This document shows, one piece after another, positions 8,829 to 18,637 of a stretch of 64,000 nt of DNA; position 1 is the first letter of the stretch; the number at the start of each line of letters is the position of its first letter. The DNA lies in the NCBI GenBank assembly GCA_964539635.1, contig CAZIJN010000005.1, positions 78,765 to 142,764 of the forward strand, written 5' to 3'. A model generated the notes under the pieces. It saw only the letters and a list, made by a program, of their open reading frames with translations, made no database searches and was not told where the DNA came from. The DNA is from an uncultured Desulfobacterales bacterium. GTDB lineage: Bacteria; Desulfobacterota; Desulfobacteria; Desulfobacterales; Desulfobacteraceae. The position numbers and the translations under genes were made by a program.

Positions 8829-11800
8829 ATGACAGGTATAAAACTTTATAGAAGTAACAGCGTTGAAGAGTTAGCTGATGCTTTAGCAGACAGCATACAA
8901 TCGCCGCTTGCTTCACCGTTTGAACCAGAGATAATTTTAGTCCAAAGTCTTGGAATGGCAAAATGGGTCAATCTGGAACTTGCAAAACGGCTTGGTGTAT
9001 TTGCAAACAGCAGTATGGTTTTTCCCAACGCCCTTATAAACAGCCTTCTTTCCAAAGTGCTTCCTAATATAGATGAAAAAGTTTTTCTTGATAGAGAGAT
9101 ACTTGCATGGATGATACTTGATCGTCTGCTCAACTCTAACCATTTAAAGGGTAAATTTAACCATTTGGAAGAGTATTGCAGCGGCAGAGATAAAAGTTTC
9201 GATGAAAACGAAAGAAAGTTTAGAGCGTTCCAGCTTGCCCGCCAGCTTGCCATGACCTATGATCAATATCTTACCTACAGACCCGATTATATTCAGTCGT
9301 GGGAGAAGATGGAATCTGACTATGAGTTTAAGCGAAAAATTGAATCTGAGTTTCAAGAAAAAATGAAGCCTGAGTTTGAAGAAAAGATTAAATATGACTC
9401 TAAAAAATATAACTGGTATTGGCAGGCAGAACTTTGGCGATCTATTTGTAAAGAAAATATTGCTTGTGGAGAAAATATTGAAACAGAATCTCAAGATGTA
9501 AAAGAGTTTACCCATAAAGCTGTTAAATATAATAAATTTTTGGAGGTTATGAAAAATCAAAACATTCAGATTAATTGCCTGCCAGAGAGGATATCTGTGT
9601 TTGGAATACCATCTCTTCCCCCATTTCATTTGAACATATTGGCATCTCTCTCTCCAATGGTTGATATTTCGTTTTATGTTATGACTCCTGCAAAAGGTTA
9701 TTTCAGCGATTTAAGATCAGCTAAACAGAAGATGAAGATCGAAAATAGAGAGATAACAGATAAAGATAGCGGGAATAACTTACGATACTCATCAGAATTA
9801 TTACATATAGAGACTGGAAATCCTCTTTTAGCATCTCTTGGCAGAGCTGGCGCAGATTTTATGGACGCTCTTCTTGATTACGATAATCTTGAGGATATTG
9901 ACCGAAAATTTCTCGAACCTGCTGGAAACACAATACTTGAAATGGTGCAAAAAGATATCCTTCTTATGGAGGAGAGAGCGGCTGCACATCTCACTCTAAA
10001 GGATATAGATAAAGATCGCTCTATTATCATAAACTCATGCCACAGCCCGATGAGAGAGGTTGAAGTTCTTAACGACTATCTTCTTGATCTATTCAATTCA
10101 AATTCTGATATCACTCCGGCAGATGTTTTGGTTATGACTCCAGATATAGAGAGCTATGCACCTTTTATTCGGGCAGTTTTCACAACTCCTGAAAAGGAGA
10201 GGTTAAGGATTCCGTTCTCTATTGCAGATTTGAGTATAAAGAGCGTAAGCCGTGCAGTAGATGTGTTTATGAATATACTATCTCTGCCTGAAACCCGTTT
10301 TGAAGCAGCTTATATTATGGATATTTTAGAGTGTGACGATGTTGCACGCTGTTTTAACCTTGAGGCAGCAGACATTGATCTTATAAGAGAGTGGATTAAA
10401 CAGACAGCCATAAGATGGGGAGAAGATGGTAAATACAGAGAGAAGTTAGGGCTTCCTAATTTTGATCAGAACAGTTGGAGAGCAGGTCTTGACAGGCTTA
10501 TTGCTGGTTATGCAATGACAGGAGAATCAGAGCAGTTTTTCACGGCAAATCATAATGGAGACAATATAGATATTTTACCCTGCGATATTGTTGAGGGAAA
10601 TTCAAGTGCTGTTCTCGGCTCTCTTGCCCGTTTTTTCAACATATTGTCAATTACAGCAGAACAGATGACAGTTGATAAGAGCTTGTCTGAATGGAGCGAT
10701 TTTCTTATGGAGGCTGCCAACAACTTCTTCCTTCCAGATCAAGAGAGTTCAGGCATGATTCAGCAGATAAGAAACACGATAAATGATCTTAAGCAGATGG
10801 AGGAGCGTACAGGATTTAGATCATCTGTAAACTCAAGGATTATAAAGAGTTGGTTAGATCAAGAGATCGGAAAAGAGTATCACGATTCAAACTTTCTCAA
10901 CGGCGGAGTGACATTTTGTGCGATGCTTCCTATGAGAAGCGTTCCGGCAAAAGTTATCTCTATTTTAGGGCTTAATGATAAGACCTTTCCAAGAATAGAC
11001 AACTCTCCAAATTTTGATCTGATAAAACAGCGTCAAAGAAGAGGGGATCGCTCTTTGCGTAATGAAGATAGATACCTTTTCCTTGAAACTATTATCTCGG
11101 CAAAAGAGAAACTCTATTTAAGCTATACAGGACAGGGAATAGAGGATAACAGCGTAATTCCTCCATCTGTGGTTATAAGCGAACTTATTGACTATTTGGA
11201 TAGAGCTTTTGTTGTGCAGGGATCTGATTTAGATAGAACTCAGTTATCGTCATACATAGTTGTACAACACCCGCTTCAGCCGTTTAACCCTCTATATTTT
11301 CAACAGGGAGCATCTTTTGATTCAGCTGATTGCCAACAGGATTCATCAAAACTTTTAGGAAATATTTCAAATAGCTCTGTTTCTTCAAGGCTGTTTAGTT
11401 ACTCTAAAGATAATTTATTTGCTGCATCAGCGTTAAGATCAGATAAGATATCGTTAGAGCCGTTCGTATCTGACAGCGTACAACAAAGTGAAGATCAAAA
11501 GGATAATAGAGCATATGAACAGCTGAATTCTAATCTGATATCACTAAATAATCTTATAGCTTTTTTCAGTGCACCACAAAAATATTTTCTCGAAAACAGC
11601 TTGGGAATCTATCTTAAAGATCAGGCTGAAACGCTTGACGATTGTGAACTGTTCAGCCTTGACTCTCTTGATAATTACAATCTGAAAGATGATATGCTCA
11701 AGCGTAAGATAAAAAATAGTAACATAGAAATTAAGCCTTACAAAGCAAGAGGCATTCTTCCCCACGGAACAGCGGGCAGAGCTTTTTTTCAAGAGAGTTC

Positions 11801-12542
11801 AAACATGGTCAACGCCTTTTACGGTAAAATAGAACCATATGTCACAAACGGGCGATCCGGCTCTGTTGAAGTTGACATTACATATAACTACCATGAAATA
11901 AATAACGCAACGAGCGGTGAAAGTCAGTTAAGAGACTTTCATATAAACGACCATGGAATAGATCACACAACGAAAAATGAAAGCCTTAATATAAACGGCT
12001 GGAGATTAAAGGGGATAATCTCAGATATATGGGGCGATCAGTTGGTAAGATTTAGGATAGCATCTGTAAAGCCAAAGGATATTTTAAGGGCATGGCTTAT
12101 CCATCTTGCATATGCCTGTTCTTGTAAATGCAAGATAGAGAAATCTCAAACGCTTCTTATTGCTACTGATAAAAGCTATATTTTTACAACTCCTGAAAAT
12201 CCTCTCTCTATTTTGGACAGGCTCATAACTATCTATAGAAACGGCATAAAAACTCCAGTTAAATTTTTTCCAGCATCTTCAATGGCATATGCAAATAGTT
12301 TGTTTAGTCAAACAAATAATAATAAAGCTGATTCATCACAAACCGATTTGATATCAAACGGAATTAAAAAGGCAAATAATGAGTTTTTAGGTAATATGAA
12401 TAAGCAGGGAGAATGTGAGTCAGAAGAGGTTAAACTCTGCTTCAGACACATTGAGAGAGAATTAATATTAGACAAAGAGTTCTGCTTATTATCTGAAGAT
12501 GTTTTTATGCCTGTTTTCGCTCATATGGAGGAGATAAAATAG
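8829..12542 (+). CDS. recC: Exodeoxyribonuclease V gamma subunit
   Basis: LYRSNSVEEL, ILVQSLGMAKW, CHSPMREVEVL, VMTPDIESYAP, FCAMLPMRSVP, EDRYLFLE; ATG 8829 preferred to TTG 8817. Confidence 0.95.
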   Translation: MTGIKLYRSNSVEELADALADSIQSPLASPFEPEIILVQSLGMAKWVNLELAKRLGVFANSSMVFPNALINSLLSKVLPNIDEKVFLDREILAWMILDRLLNSNHLKGKFNHLEEYCSGRDKSFDENERKFRAFQLARQLAMTYDQYLTYRPDYIQSWEKMESDYEFKRKIESEFQEKMKPEFEEKIKYDSKKYNWYWQAELWRSICKENIACGENIETESQDVKEFTHKAVKYNKFLEVMKNQNIQINCLPERISVFGIPSLPPFHLNILASLSPMVDISFYVMTPAKGYFSDLRSAKQKMKIENREITDKDSGNNLRYSSELLHIETGNPLLASLGRAGADFMDALLDYDNLEDIDRKFLEPAGNTILEMVQKDILLMEERAAAHLTLKDIDKDRSIIINSCHSPMREVEVLNDYLLDLFNSNSDITPADVLVMTPDIESYAPFIRAVFTTPEKERLRIPFSIADLSIKSVSRAVDVFMNILSLPETRFEAAYIMDILECDDVARCFNLEAADIDLIREWIKQTAIRWGEDGKYREKLGLPNFDQNSWRAGLDRLIAGYAMTGESEQFFTANHNGDNIDILPCDIVEGNSSAVLGSLARFFNILSITAEQMTVDKSLSEWSDFLMEAANNFFLPDQESSGMIQQIRNTINDLKQMEERTGFRSSVNSRIIKSWLDQEIGKEYHDSNFLNGGVTFCAMLPMRSVPAKVISILGLNDKTFPRIDNSPNFDLIKQRQRRGDRSLRNEDRYLFLETIISAKEKLYLSYTGQGIEDNSVIPPSVVISELIDYLDRAFVVQGSDLDRTQLSSYIVVQHPLQPFNPLYFQQGASFDSADCQQDSSKLLGNISNSSVSSRLFSYSKDNLFAASALRSDKISLEPFVSDSVQQSEDQKDNRAYEQLNSNLISLNNLIAFFSAPQKYFLENSLGIYLKDQAETLDDCELFSLDSLDNYNLKDDMLKRKIKNSNIEIKPYKARGILPHGTAGRAFFQESSNMVNAFYGKIEPYVTNGRSGSVEVDITYNYHEINNATSGESQLRDFHINDHGIDHTTKNESLNINGWRLKGIISDIWGDQLVRFRIASVKPKDILRAWLIHLAYACSCKCKIEKSQTLLIATDKSYIFTTPENPLSILDRLITIYRNGIKTPVKFFPASSMAYANSLFSQTNNNKADSSQTDLISNGIKKANNEFLGNMNKQGECESEEVKLCFRHIERELILDKEFCLLSEDVFMPVFAHMEEIK
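9324..9395 (+). repeat. In-frame 24-bp tandem repeat x3 (degenerate) in recC
   Basis: gagttt...-initiated units at 9324, 9348, 9372 encode EFKRKIES/EFQEKMKP/EFEEKIKY. Confidence 0.75.
11888..11983 (+). repeat. Intragenic 60-bp module, ~1.6 tandem copies in recC
   Basis: Period-60 similarity between 11888-11923 and 11948-11983; contains the 25-mer shared exactly with coaE. Confidence 0.82.
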
Positions 12543-12543
12543 A

Positions 12544-15500
12544 GTGATGAATAAATTTGATATAACATCAGCACCGTTAAAAGGCGAAACTGTTATTGAG
12601 GCAAGTGCAGGAACAGGAAAAACCTATGCAATAGCAGGGCTTTTTCTACGTCTTATTGTTGAGGGTAATCTTAAAGTAAATCAGATACTTGTCGTAACTT
12701 TTACTGTTGCTGCAACAGATGAATTAAGAGATAGAATACGGCGGAGGCTCAGAGAGGGATTAAATGCACTAATAGACGGCTATCAAGGCAGTGACGCTGT
12801 TCTTGCTTGGCTTGCGGGTAAATATAAAAACAACATAACTATCCGAAATCGTTTAAAAGAGGCTATTATCTGTTTTGATGAGGCAGCAATTTTTACTATT
12901 CACGGATTCTGTCAGAAGTTATTATCTGAAAATGCTTTTGAAAGCAGCACCCTTTTTGATACAGAACTTCTTTTAGATGACAGCGATATCTTAATTGAAG
13001 TCTGCCGCGATTACTACAGACGACATTTTATTACGATGTGTCCGCTTCTATTCAGCAATCCTCAAATTAAACAAATAACGCCTGACTCTCTTTTAAAGCT
13101 GATAAAATGCCTCTCAATTGATCCTGATTTTACTATTATACCTAAAATTACTGACATATGCGATAATCCAAACGACAGCCAAACTGCAATCAAATCAGCA
13201 GTTGAAGAGCTTGAAACGCTTTTCAGCTCAATCAGGCAGATGTGGATAAATCAAGGAAAAGAAATTTCAAATATTATTCTAAAAGCACAGGATAACAAGG
13301 CTTTTAACGGAACATACATAAAGAAAACTACATACATAACTGCTATAGCTGAAATGGACACTTATGTTAAAAATGGAAATTTATGGGATATTGTTAAGCC
13401 TTCCAAAATTGTAAAAGACGATAAAGCTAAAAAAGACGATAAAATTAAAAAAGACGATAAAATTAAAAAAGACGATAAAATTGAAAAAACTATAAGTATT
13501 GAGAAACTTACAAACAGCTTTATGCAGGAGAAAGCAAAAGACAGCTCAAAACTTCCAGCCCACCAGATTTTTCAAGATATTGAGGATTTTATCAATCTTC
13601 TTGATAAAACTCAGCATAGAATCAATAAATTCTGCTTATGCTTAAAATTATATTTTTTGAAATCTGCCAAAGATTCAATGAAAAAGAGCAAAATGGCAAA
13701 AAATGTAAGAGCATTTGACGATCTTTTAGCTGCTATGCACAATGCAGTAGGAGATGGCAGCACTCCAATGGCTCGTGCAGTTAGAAATAGATTCTCTGCC
13801 GCACTTATTGATGAATTTCAAGATACAGACCCGCTTCAATACTCTATTTTTACAAATATCTTTAAATCAGATAATACTCTTCTCTATCTTATAGGCGATC
13901 CAAAACAGGCTATATACGGCTTTAGAGGTGCTGATATCTACGCATATCTAAAGGCTAAAAAGAGCGTAGATTCATCATACACTCTTGAGACGAACTGGAG
14001 ATCAGATGGCGGTCTTGTAACTGCTGTGAATAGCATTTTTGATTTAAAGGTGAAAAATCCTTTTGTTATTGACGGTATAGATTTTTCTCCTGTAAGCCAC
14101 GCTCCAGATAGAGAACAAGGCTCTCTATATATTTATATTAACCCCAATCCAGTTACTCCTATGAACGTAGAACTTATTCCAGTTGCTCCTATGAACGTAG
14201 AACTTATTCCAGTTACTCCTATGAACATAGCATTTATCGGCAGTAATTTATCGTCATCGGAAGAAGAATCGTCTAAAAAAGAGGCTGCTGGTTTTATAAC
14301 TAAAGGTGATGCAGAAACGTTTGCCGCTAAATATACAGCTTCTAAAATAAGCGAAATGATAAATAAGAGTTCTTATCGAAAGACAGTTATAATAAAGGAT
14401 AAAAAAGCTGCTGAAAAGCCAGTTATAATAGATGATAAAAAAGCTGCTGAAAAGGCAGTTATAACAGATGCTAAAGATTTATCTCCAGAAGATATAGCTG
14501 TGCTTGTAAGAACCAACCGGCAGACTTTAATCGTTTTAGAAGAGCTGCGAAAACTTTCCATTCCGGCAGTTATCTATAGTGCCGGCTCTGTTTATGCTGA
14601 AGAAGAGGCTATGGAGATTGAACGATTTATGAGGGCTGCTGCCGAGCCGTCAAATGAAAGAAATCTTAAAGCAGCTCTTATTACTGGTTTTTTCGGGTTT
14701 AACAGCAGTCAGATATTTGAGCTTGCAGTTGACGAAAAACGGTATGACTCTTTGCAGAACGAATTTTTAGAGTATAACAGATTATGGAGAAAATCGGGCT
14801 TTATCTCCATGTTCCGCTATATGGTAGGAAAAAGACGAGTTCGCCAAAGAGTGCTTAAATATAAATCAGGCGAGCGTAAACTTACCAACTATCTGCATAT
14901 TGCAGAGCTTCTGCATATTGCTGATATAGAGCTGAAACCCGGAATTGACAGGCTTATAAACTTTTTAGCAAAAAGAAGGCTTGCAGTTGATAAAGATGAG
15001 AAGACCTCTTCTAATGAGTATAGACTCCGCCTTGAAACAGATGAAAAAGCGGTGAAGATAATTACTGTTCATAGAAGCAAAGGGCTTGAATTTCCAGTAG
15101 TTTTTTGTCCATATCTTTACCACTCAAGAGATTCAAGCAGAGACGATATTTTGAAATTTCACGATAATAATGGAACTCAGACTCTTGATATTGGTTCTGA
15201 CGATTTTCCTGAAAATAGACAAAAGATGCACAAAGAGGAGTTTGCAGAGTCAATACGCCTTGCCTATGTTGCACTTACAAGAGCAAGATATGCCTGTTTT
15301 ACAATTTGGGGACGAATAAATAAATCGGACAATAGTGCACTTGCATGGCTTTTTCATAACAGCTCTATTCAAAATGCAATTGAAAGCACCACGTCTGATT
15401 GTGCTGGTTTTAAAAATTATGATTGGGAGAAGATGCGATCAGATATAAATATAATTGCTGATAATTCTAATAACACAATCAGCGTTGAAGTTATCAGCAA

Positions 15501-16479
15501 TACCAATATTGAGCCTCAAATCTATTTATCCCCTTTACATAATAAATTAGGATTGTCATGCAAAAAGTTTAAGGAGCAAGAGCAAGGTCGTGTGCCTGAA
15601 GGTTGGAGAATATCAAGTTTTTCATCGATATTTGCAGGCAGAGATGCACAGCTTCCAGATCATGATGAGATAGATTCACAGCCTTTTTTAATTGAATACT
15701 TACCTGTTGAAAAGAACCAATCAGAAGGAAAATTCTTTGATTTCCCAAGAGGTGCAAGGGCTGGAAGCTGTATCCACGAGATAATGGAAAACATAGATTT
15801 TACTCAGCCGGACGTTGATATTGCACGAGAGAGGCTTAAAAAATTTGGATTTAATGAAGATGATGAAATTGATAAAATTAAGGAGATGCTCGACCATGTT
15901 CTTAAAGCCAATCTTAAAGATAGTCTATCTTTAGAACAGATAAAAAACGGACAGCGAATAAACGAAATGGAGTTTTTCTTTCCAGTCGGCAATACAAACT
16001 CCACAGCTATTGCAGAGGTAATGAAAAAATACGGCAATACAACAATTTCCGATTTCTCATCAACTATGAAGAGTCTTGGTTTCTCTCAAAAAGGGGGCTA
16101 TCTTAAAGGATTTATTGACATGATATTTTGCGATAATGAAAAGTTCTATATAGTTGACTGGAAAACCAACTATCTTGGAAACAGCTTTGAGCACTATGAG
16201 ATATCTATACTTAACAAAGAGATGAAAAGATCGGGCTATGTTCTTCAATATCTTCTATATACATTAGCTCTTGATCTCTATTTAAAACAAAGAGTTAAAG
16301 ATTACACTTATGATAAACATTTTGGAGGTGTTTTTTACCTGTTTATAAGAGGGATAAAACCGGGGTCTGATACAGGCATCTATTTTGATCTTCCTGATAG
16401 TGATATGGTTAAGCAGATTGCAAAAGAGCTTACGAGCCGTTCCGAAAATAACTCTGAACAGCCTCATCTATTATCTTAA
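12544..16479 (+). CDS. recB: Exodeoxyribonuclease V beta subunit
   Basis: IEASAGTGKT, IDEFQDTD, IGDPKQAIYGFRGAD, TVHRSKGLEF, nuclease GFIDMIF...VDWKTN. Confidence 0.95.
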   Translation: MMNKFDITSAPLKGETVIEASAGTGKTYAIAGLFLRLIVEGNLKVNQILVVTFTVAATDELRDRIRRRLREGLNALIDGYQGSDAVLAWLAGKYKNNITIRNRLKEAIICFDEAAIFTIHGFCQKLLSENAFESSTLFDTELLLDDSDILIEVCRDYYRRHFITMCPLLFSNPQIKQITPDSLLKLIKCLSIDPDFTIIPKITDICDNPNDSQTAIKSAVEELETLFSSIRQMWINQGKEISNIILKAQDNKAFNGTYIKKTTYITAIAEMDTYVKNGNLWDIVKPSKIVKDDKAKKDDKIKKDDKIKKDDKIEKTISIEKLTNSFMQEKAKDSSKLPAHQIFQDIEDFINLLDKTQHRINKFCLCLKLYFLKSAKDSMKKSKMAKNVRAFDDLLAAMHNAVGDGSTPMARAVRNRFSAALIDEFQDTDPLQYSIFTNIFKSDNTLLYLIGDPKQAIYGFRGADIYAYLKAKKSVDSSYTLETNWRSDGGLVTAVNSIFDLKVKNPFVIDGIDFSPVSHAPDREQGSLYIYINPNPVTPMNVELIPVAPMNVELIPVTPMNIAFIGSNLSSSEEESSKKEAAGFITKGDAETFAAKYTASKISEMINKSSYRKTVIIKDKKAAEKPVIIDDKKAAEKAVITDAKDLSPEDIAVLVRTNRQTLIVLEELRKLSIPAVIYSAGSVYAEEEAMEIERFMRAAAEPSNERNLKAALITGFFGFNSSQIFELAVDEKRYDSLQNEFLEYNRLWRKSGFISMFRYMVGKRRVRQRVLKYKSGERKLTNYLHIAELLHIADIELKPGIDRLINFLAKRRLAVDKDEKTSSNEYRLRLETDEKAVKIITVHRSKGLEFPVVFCPYLYHSRDSSRDDILKFHDNNGTQTLDIGSDDFPENRQKMHKEEFAESIRLAYVALTRARYACFTIWGRINKSDNSALAWLFHNSSIQNAIESTTSDCAGFKNYDWEKMRSDINIIADNSNNTISVEVISNTNIEPQIYLSPLHNKLGLSCKKFKEQEQGRVPEGWRISSFSSIFAGRDAQLPDHDEIDSQPFLIEYLPVEKNQSEGKFFDFPRGARAGSCIHEIMENIDFTQPDVDIARERLKKFGFNEDDEIDKIKEMLDHVLKANLKDSLSLEQIKNGQRINEMEFFFPVGNTNSTAIAEVMKKYGNTTISDFSSTMKSLGFSQKGGYLKGFIDMIFCDNEKFYIVDWKTNYLGNSFEHYEISILNKEMKRSGYVLQYLLYTLALDLYLKQRVKDYTYDKHFGGVFYLFIRGIKPGSDTGIYFDLPDSDMVKQIAKELTSRSENNSEQPHLLS
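13414..13485 (+). repeat. In-frame 18-bp tandem repeat x4 in recB
   Basis: aaagacgataaaattaaa units encoding KDDK(A/I)K. Confidence 0.92.
14148..14230 (+). repeat. In-frame 30-bp tandem repeat x~2.7 in recB
   Basis: tccagtt(a/g)ctcctatgaacgtagaacttat units encoding PV(T/A)PMNVELI. Confidence 0.92.
14384..14475 (+). repeat. In-frame 36-bp tandem repeat x~2.5 in recB
   Basis: cagttataata..(g/t)gataaaaaagctgctgaaaag units encoding VII(K/D)DKKAAEK(P/A). Confidence 0.88.
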
Positions 16480-16491
16480 AGGAGAAATTTA

Positions 16492-18420
16492 ATGCTCAAT
16501 CCTTACAAATTTTACGAAAAACTGCCCGCAGATATACTATTTTCTGCTGATATAGAAAAAGAGTTCTCAAATATTGATAAGGAGTTTGCACTGTTTATAT
16601 CACGCATTGATAAGAGCTTTGAGACAATTTTAGCTGCACTTCTTGTAAGCAGAACAACAATGTCCGGCAACGTCTGCCTATATCTTCCGGCAATCGCAAG
16701 CACCCCGCTAAAAGATGCAATAGCTGATACAGAATCTAAATATACTCTGCCTGAACTTGATATATGGATAGATATTCTGCAAAATAGTCCGGCAGTGGGT
16801 AAAGCTGACGATTTTGCACCCATGATACTTGACAATAGCGGCAGGCTTTACCTTCAAAGATATTGGTATTACGAAAATCTTCTTTTTAATAATATAAATA
16901 ATAGAACGATTCAGATATCTTCTCAATTATCTTATGATGTTTCGTATATTCTTGATAAACTTTTTCCATCAAATGGAGAGTCAGATTTATCCGCTCAACC
17001 TGACTGGCAGAAAGTTGCTGCTGCTGCATCTATTTTGAATAATTTTACCGTTATATCAGGGGGACCCGGCACTGGAAAGACCACAACCATAGCAAAAATA
17101 TTAATTGCCCTCTGCTATATTAACGCCCAAAATGGACGAAAAATATCAGCAGCAATCACAGCACCAACAGGCAAGGCTGCTGCAAGGCTTATGGAATCTA
17201 TAAACTCTGCTGTTGAAAAATCTGCTGACGAAATTTTAAGCATAAGTGATTTAGCAAGATTTAAAGATGCTGTTCCAACTGAAGCACATACAATACACAG
17301 GCTGCTTGGATATAGGAAAAACTCTGTATTTTTTAGACATAACAGAGAAAATCCTCTTCCTTATGATCTTGTTATTGTTGATGAATCCTCTATGGCTGAT
17401 CTTCCTCTTATGGCAAAGCTGTTTGATGCGGTGCCTCTAACAGCAAAGATAATTTTATTAGGAGATAATAACCAGCTTTCATCAGTAGAATCTGGTGCAG
17501 TGCTTGGCGATATCTGCTCTGGAGCTGAAGGATTTACACAAGATTTTTCAGATAAAATAAAAGCAATGGGAGACGATTTAATTTTAGATGATGTTCAAGT
17601 AAAACAAGAGCTTCCATCAATTGCAAACTCTATTGTCATGCTTAAAAAGAGTTTTAGATTTGATGAAAATAGCGGTATCGGTGCTTTAAGTGCTATGGTT
17701 AATAATGGAAAATCAAAAGAGGCGGTTGAGCTTCTTGTAAGCGGTCAATACAGCGATATTACTTTTGTCCGGATAAATAGATCAGATATCCAATCGCAAG
17801 ATAATTATATAAAAGATATCCATTCATTAATAGAATCTGCTGCTATTGAAGAGTACGAAAAATCTTTTCAAGCATCAACTCCAGAAGAGGCATTTGAGCT
17901 TTTAACGCGTTTTAGAATCTTGACACCAATCAGAAAAGGCATAGGCGGAGTTGAAGATATAAACAGGTATGTTGACTCTTTAGCAAGAACAGATACGAAT
18001 GCTCTTACGAAAAAGCGTGGAGTGTTTTATGCGGGGCTTCCGGTTATCATTAAAAGAAACGATTATGGAATGGGTCTTTATAACGGAGATATAGGGATAT
18101 TTCTTAAAGATAAAGATGGGTTGAGAGTCTTTTTTCAGGGGCAGCACGGTTTTAGAAAATTTATGCCGGGCAGGCTTGCAGAATACGAAATTGCATACGC
18201 ATTGACTGTGCATAAGAGTCAAGGTTCAGAGTTTGATAAAGTTCTATTTGTTATTCCAGATAGTAAAAGCCCGCTTCTTACAAGAGAGATGCTCTACACA
18301 GGCATAACAAGAGCAAAAAAGAAGATTATTATAGCAGCTTCAAAAGATACTATATCGCATATGATAAACAATCCTATAAAGCGATATTCAGGTCTTACAG
18401 AGGCGTTGTGGGGTAATTAA
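16492..18420 (+). CDS. recD: Exodeoxyribonuclease V alpha subunit
   Basis: ISGGPGTGKTTT, IHRLLG, VDESSM, LTVHKSQGSEF, YTGITRAK; third gene of recCBD. Confidence 0.95.
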   Translation: MLNPYKFYEKLPADILFSADIEKEFSNIDKEFALFISRIDKSFETILAALLVSRTTMSGNVCLYLPAIASTPLKDAIADTESKYTLPELDIWIDILQNSPAVGKADDFAPMILDNSGRLYLQRYWYYENLLFNNINNRTIQISSQLSYDVSYILDKLFPSNGESDLSAQPDWQKVAAAASILNNFTVISGGPGTGKTTTIAKILIALCYINAQNGRKISAAITAPTGKAAARLMESINSAVEKSADEILSISDLARFKDAVPTEAHTIHRLLGYRKNSVFFRHNRENPLPYDLVIVDESSMADLPLMAKLFDAVPLTAKIILLGDNNQLSSVESGAVLGDICSGAEGFTQDFSDKIKAMGDDLILDDVQVKQELPSIANSIVMLKKSFRFDENSGIGALSAMVNNGKSKEAVELLVSGQYSDITFVRINRSDIQSQDNYIKDIHSLIESAAIEEYEKSFQASTPEEAFELLTRFRILTPIRKGIGGVEDINRYVDSLARTDTNALTKKRGVFYAGLPVIIKRNDYGMGLYNGDIGIFLKDKDGLRVFFQGQHGFRKFMPGRLAEYEIAYALTVHKSQGSEFDKVLFVIPDSKSPLLTREMLYTGITRAKKKIIIAASKDTISHMINNPIKRYSGLTEALWGN

Positions 18421-18462
18421 CAGTGCTTTAAAATCTACTATAATTTATTAAAATATACTCTT

Positions 18463-18637
18463 ATGGAAAATAAATTAGTCAAATAGGTGCAGCACAGCAA
18501 AAATGTTCGACACAACTCCTTGAACCCTCAGAAAATGGGAAAATACTGGAGAATTACTGCTATTCAGAAATTTAGTAGTTAAAGGAATTGAAAATGGAAA
18601 TAACGTTGGGGCACAAAATCAGGCTGAACCCGAATAA
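18463..18637 (+). pseudogene. tnpA: IS607 serine-recombinase TnpA remnant (frameshifts, internal stop, catalytic core deleted)
   Basis: MENKLVK, then after frameshifts AKMFDTTP*TLRKWENTGELL (MerR-like HTH) running directly into VVKGIENGNNVGAQNQAEPE* over the tnpB start. Confidence 0.72.
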
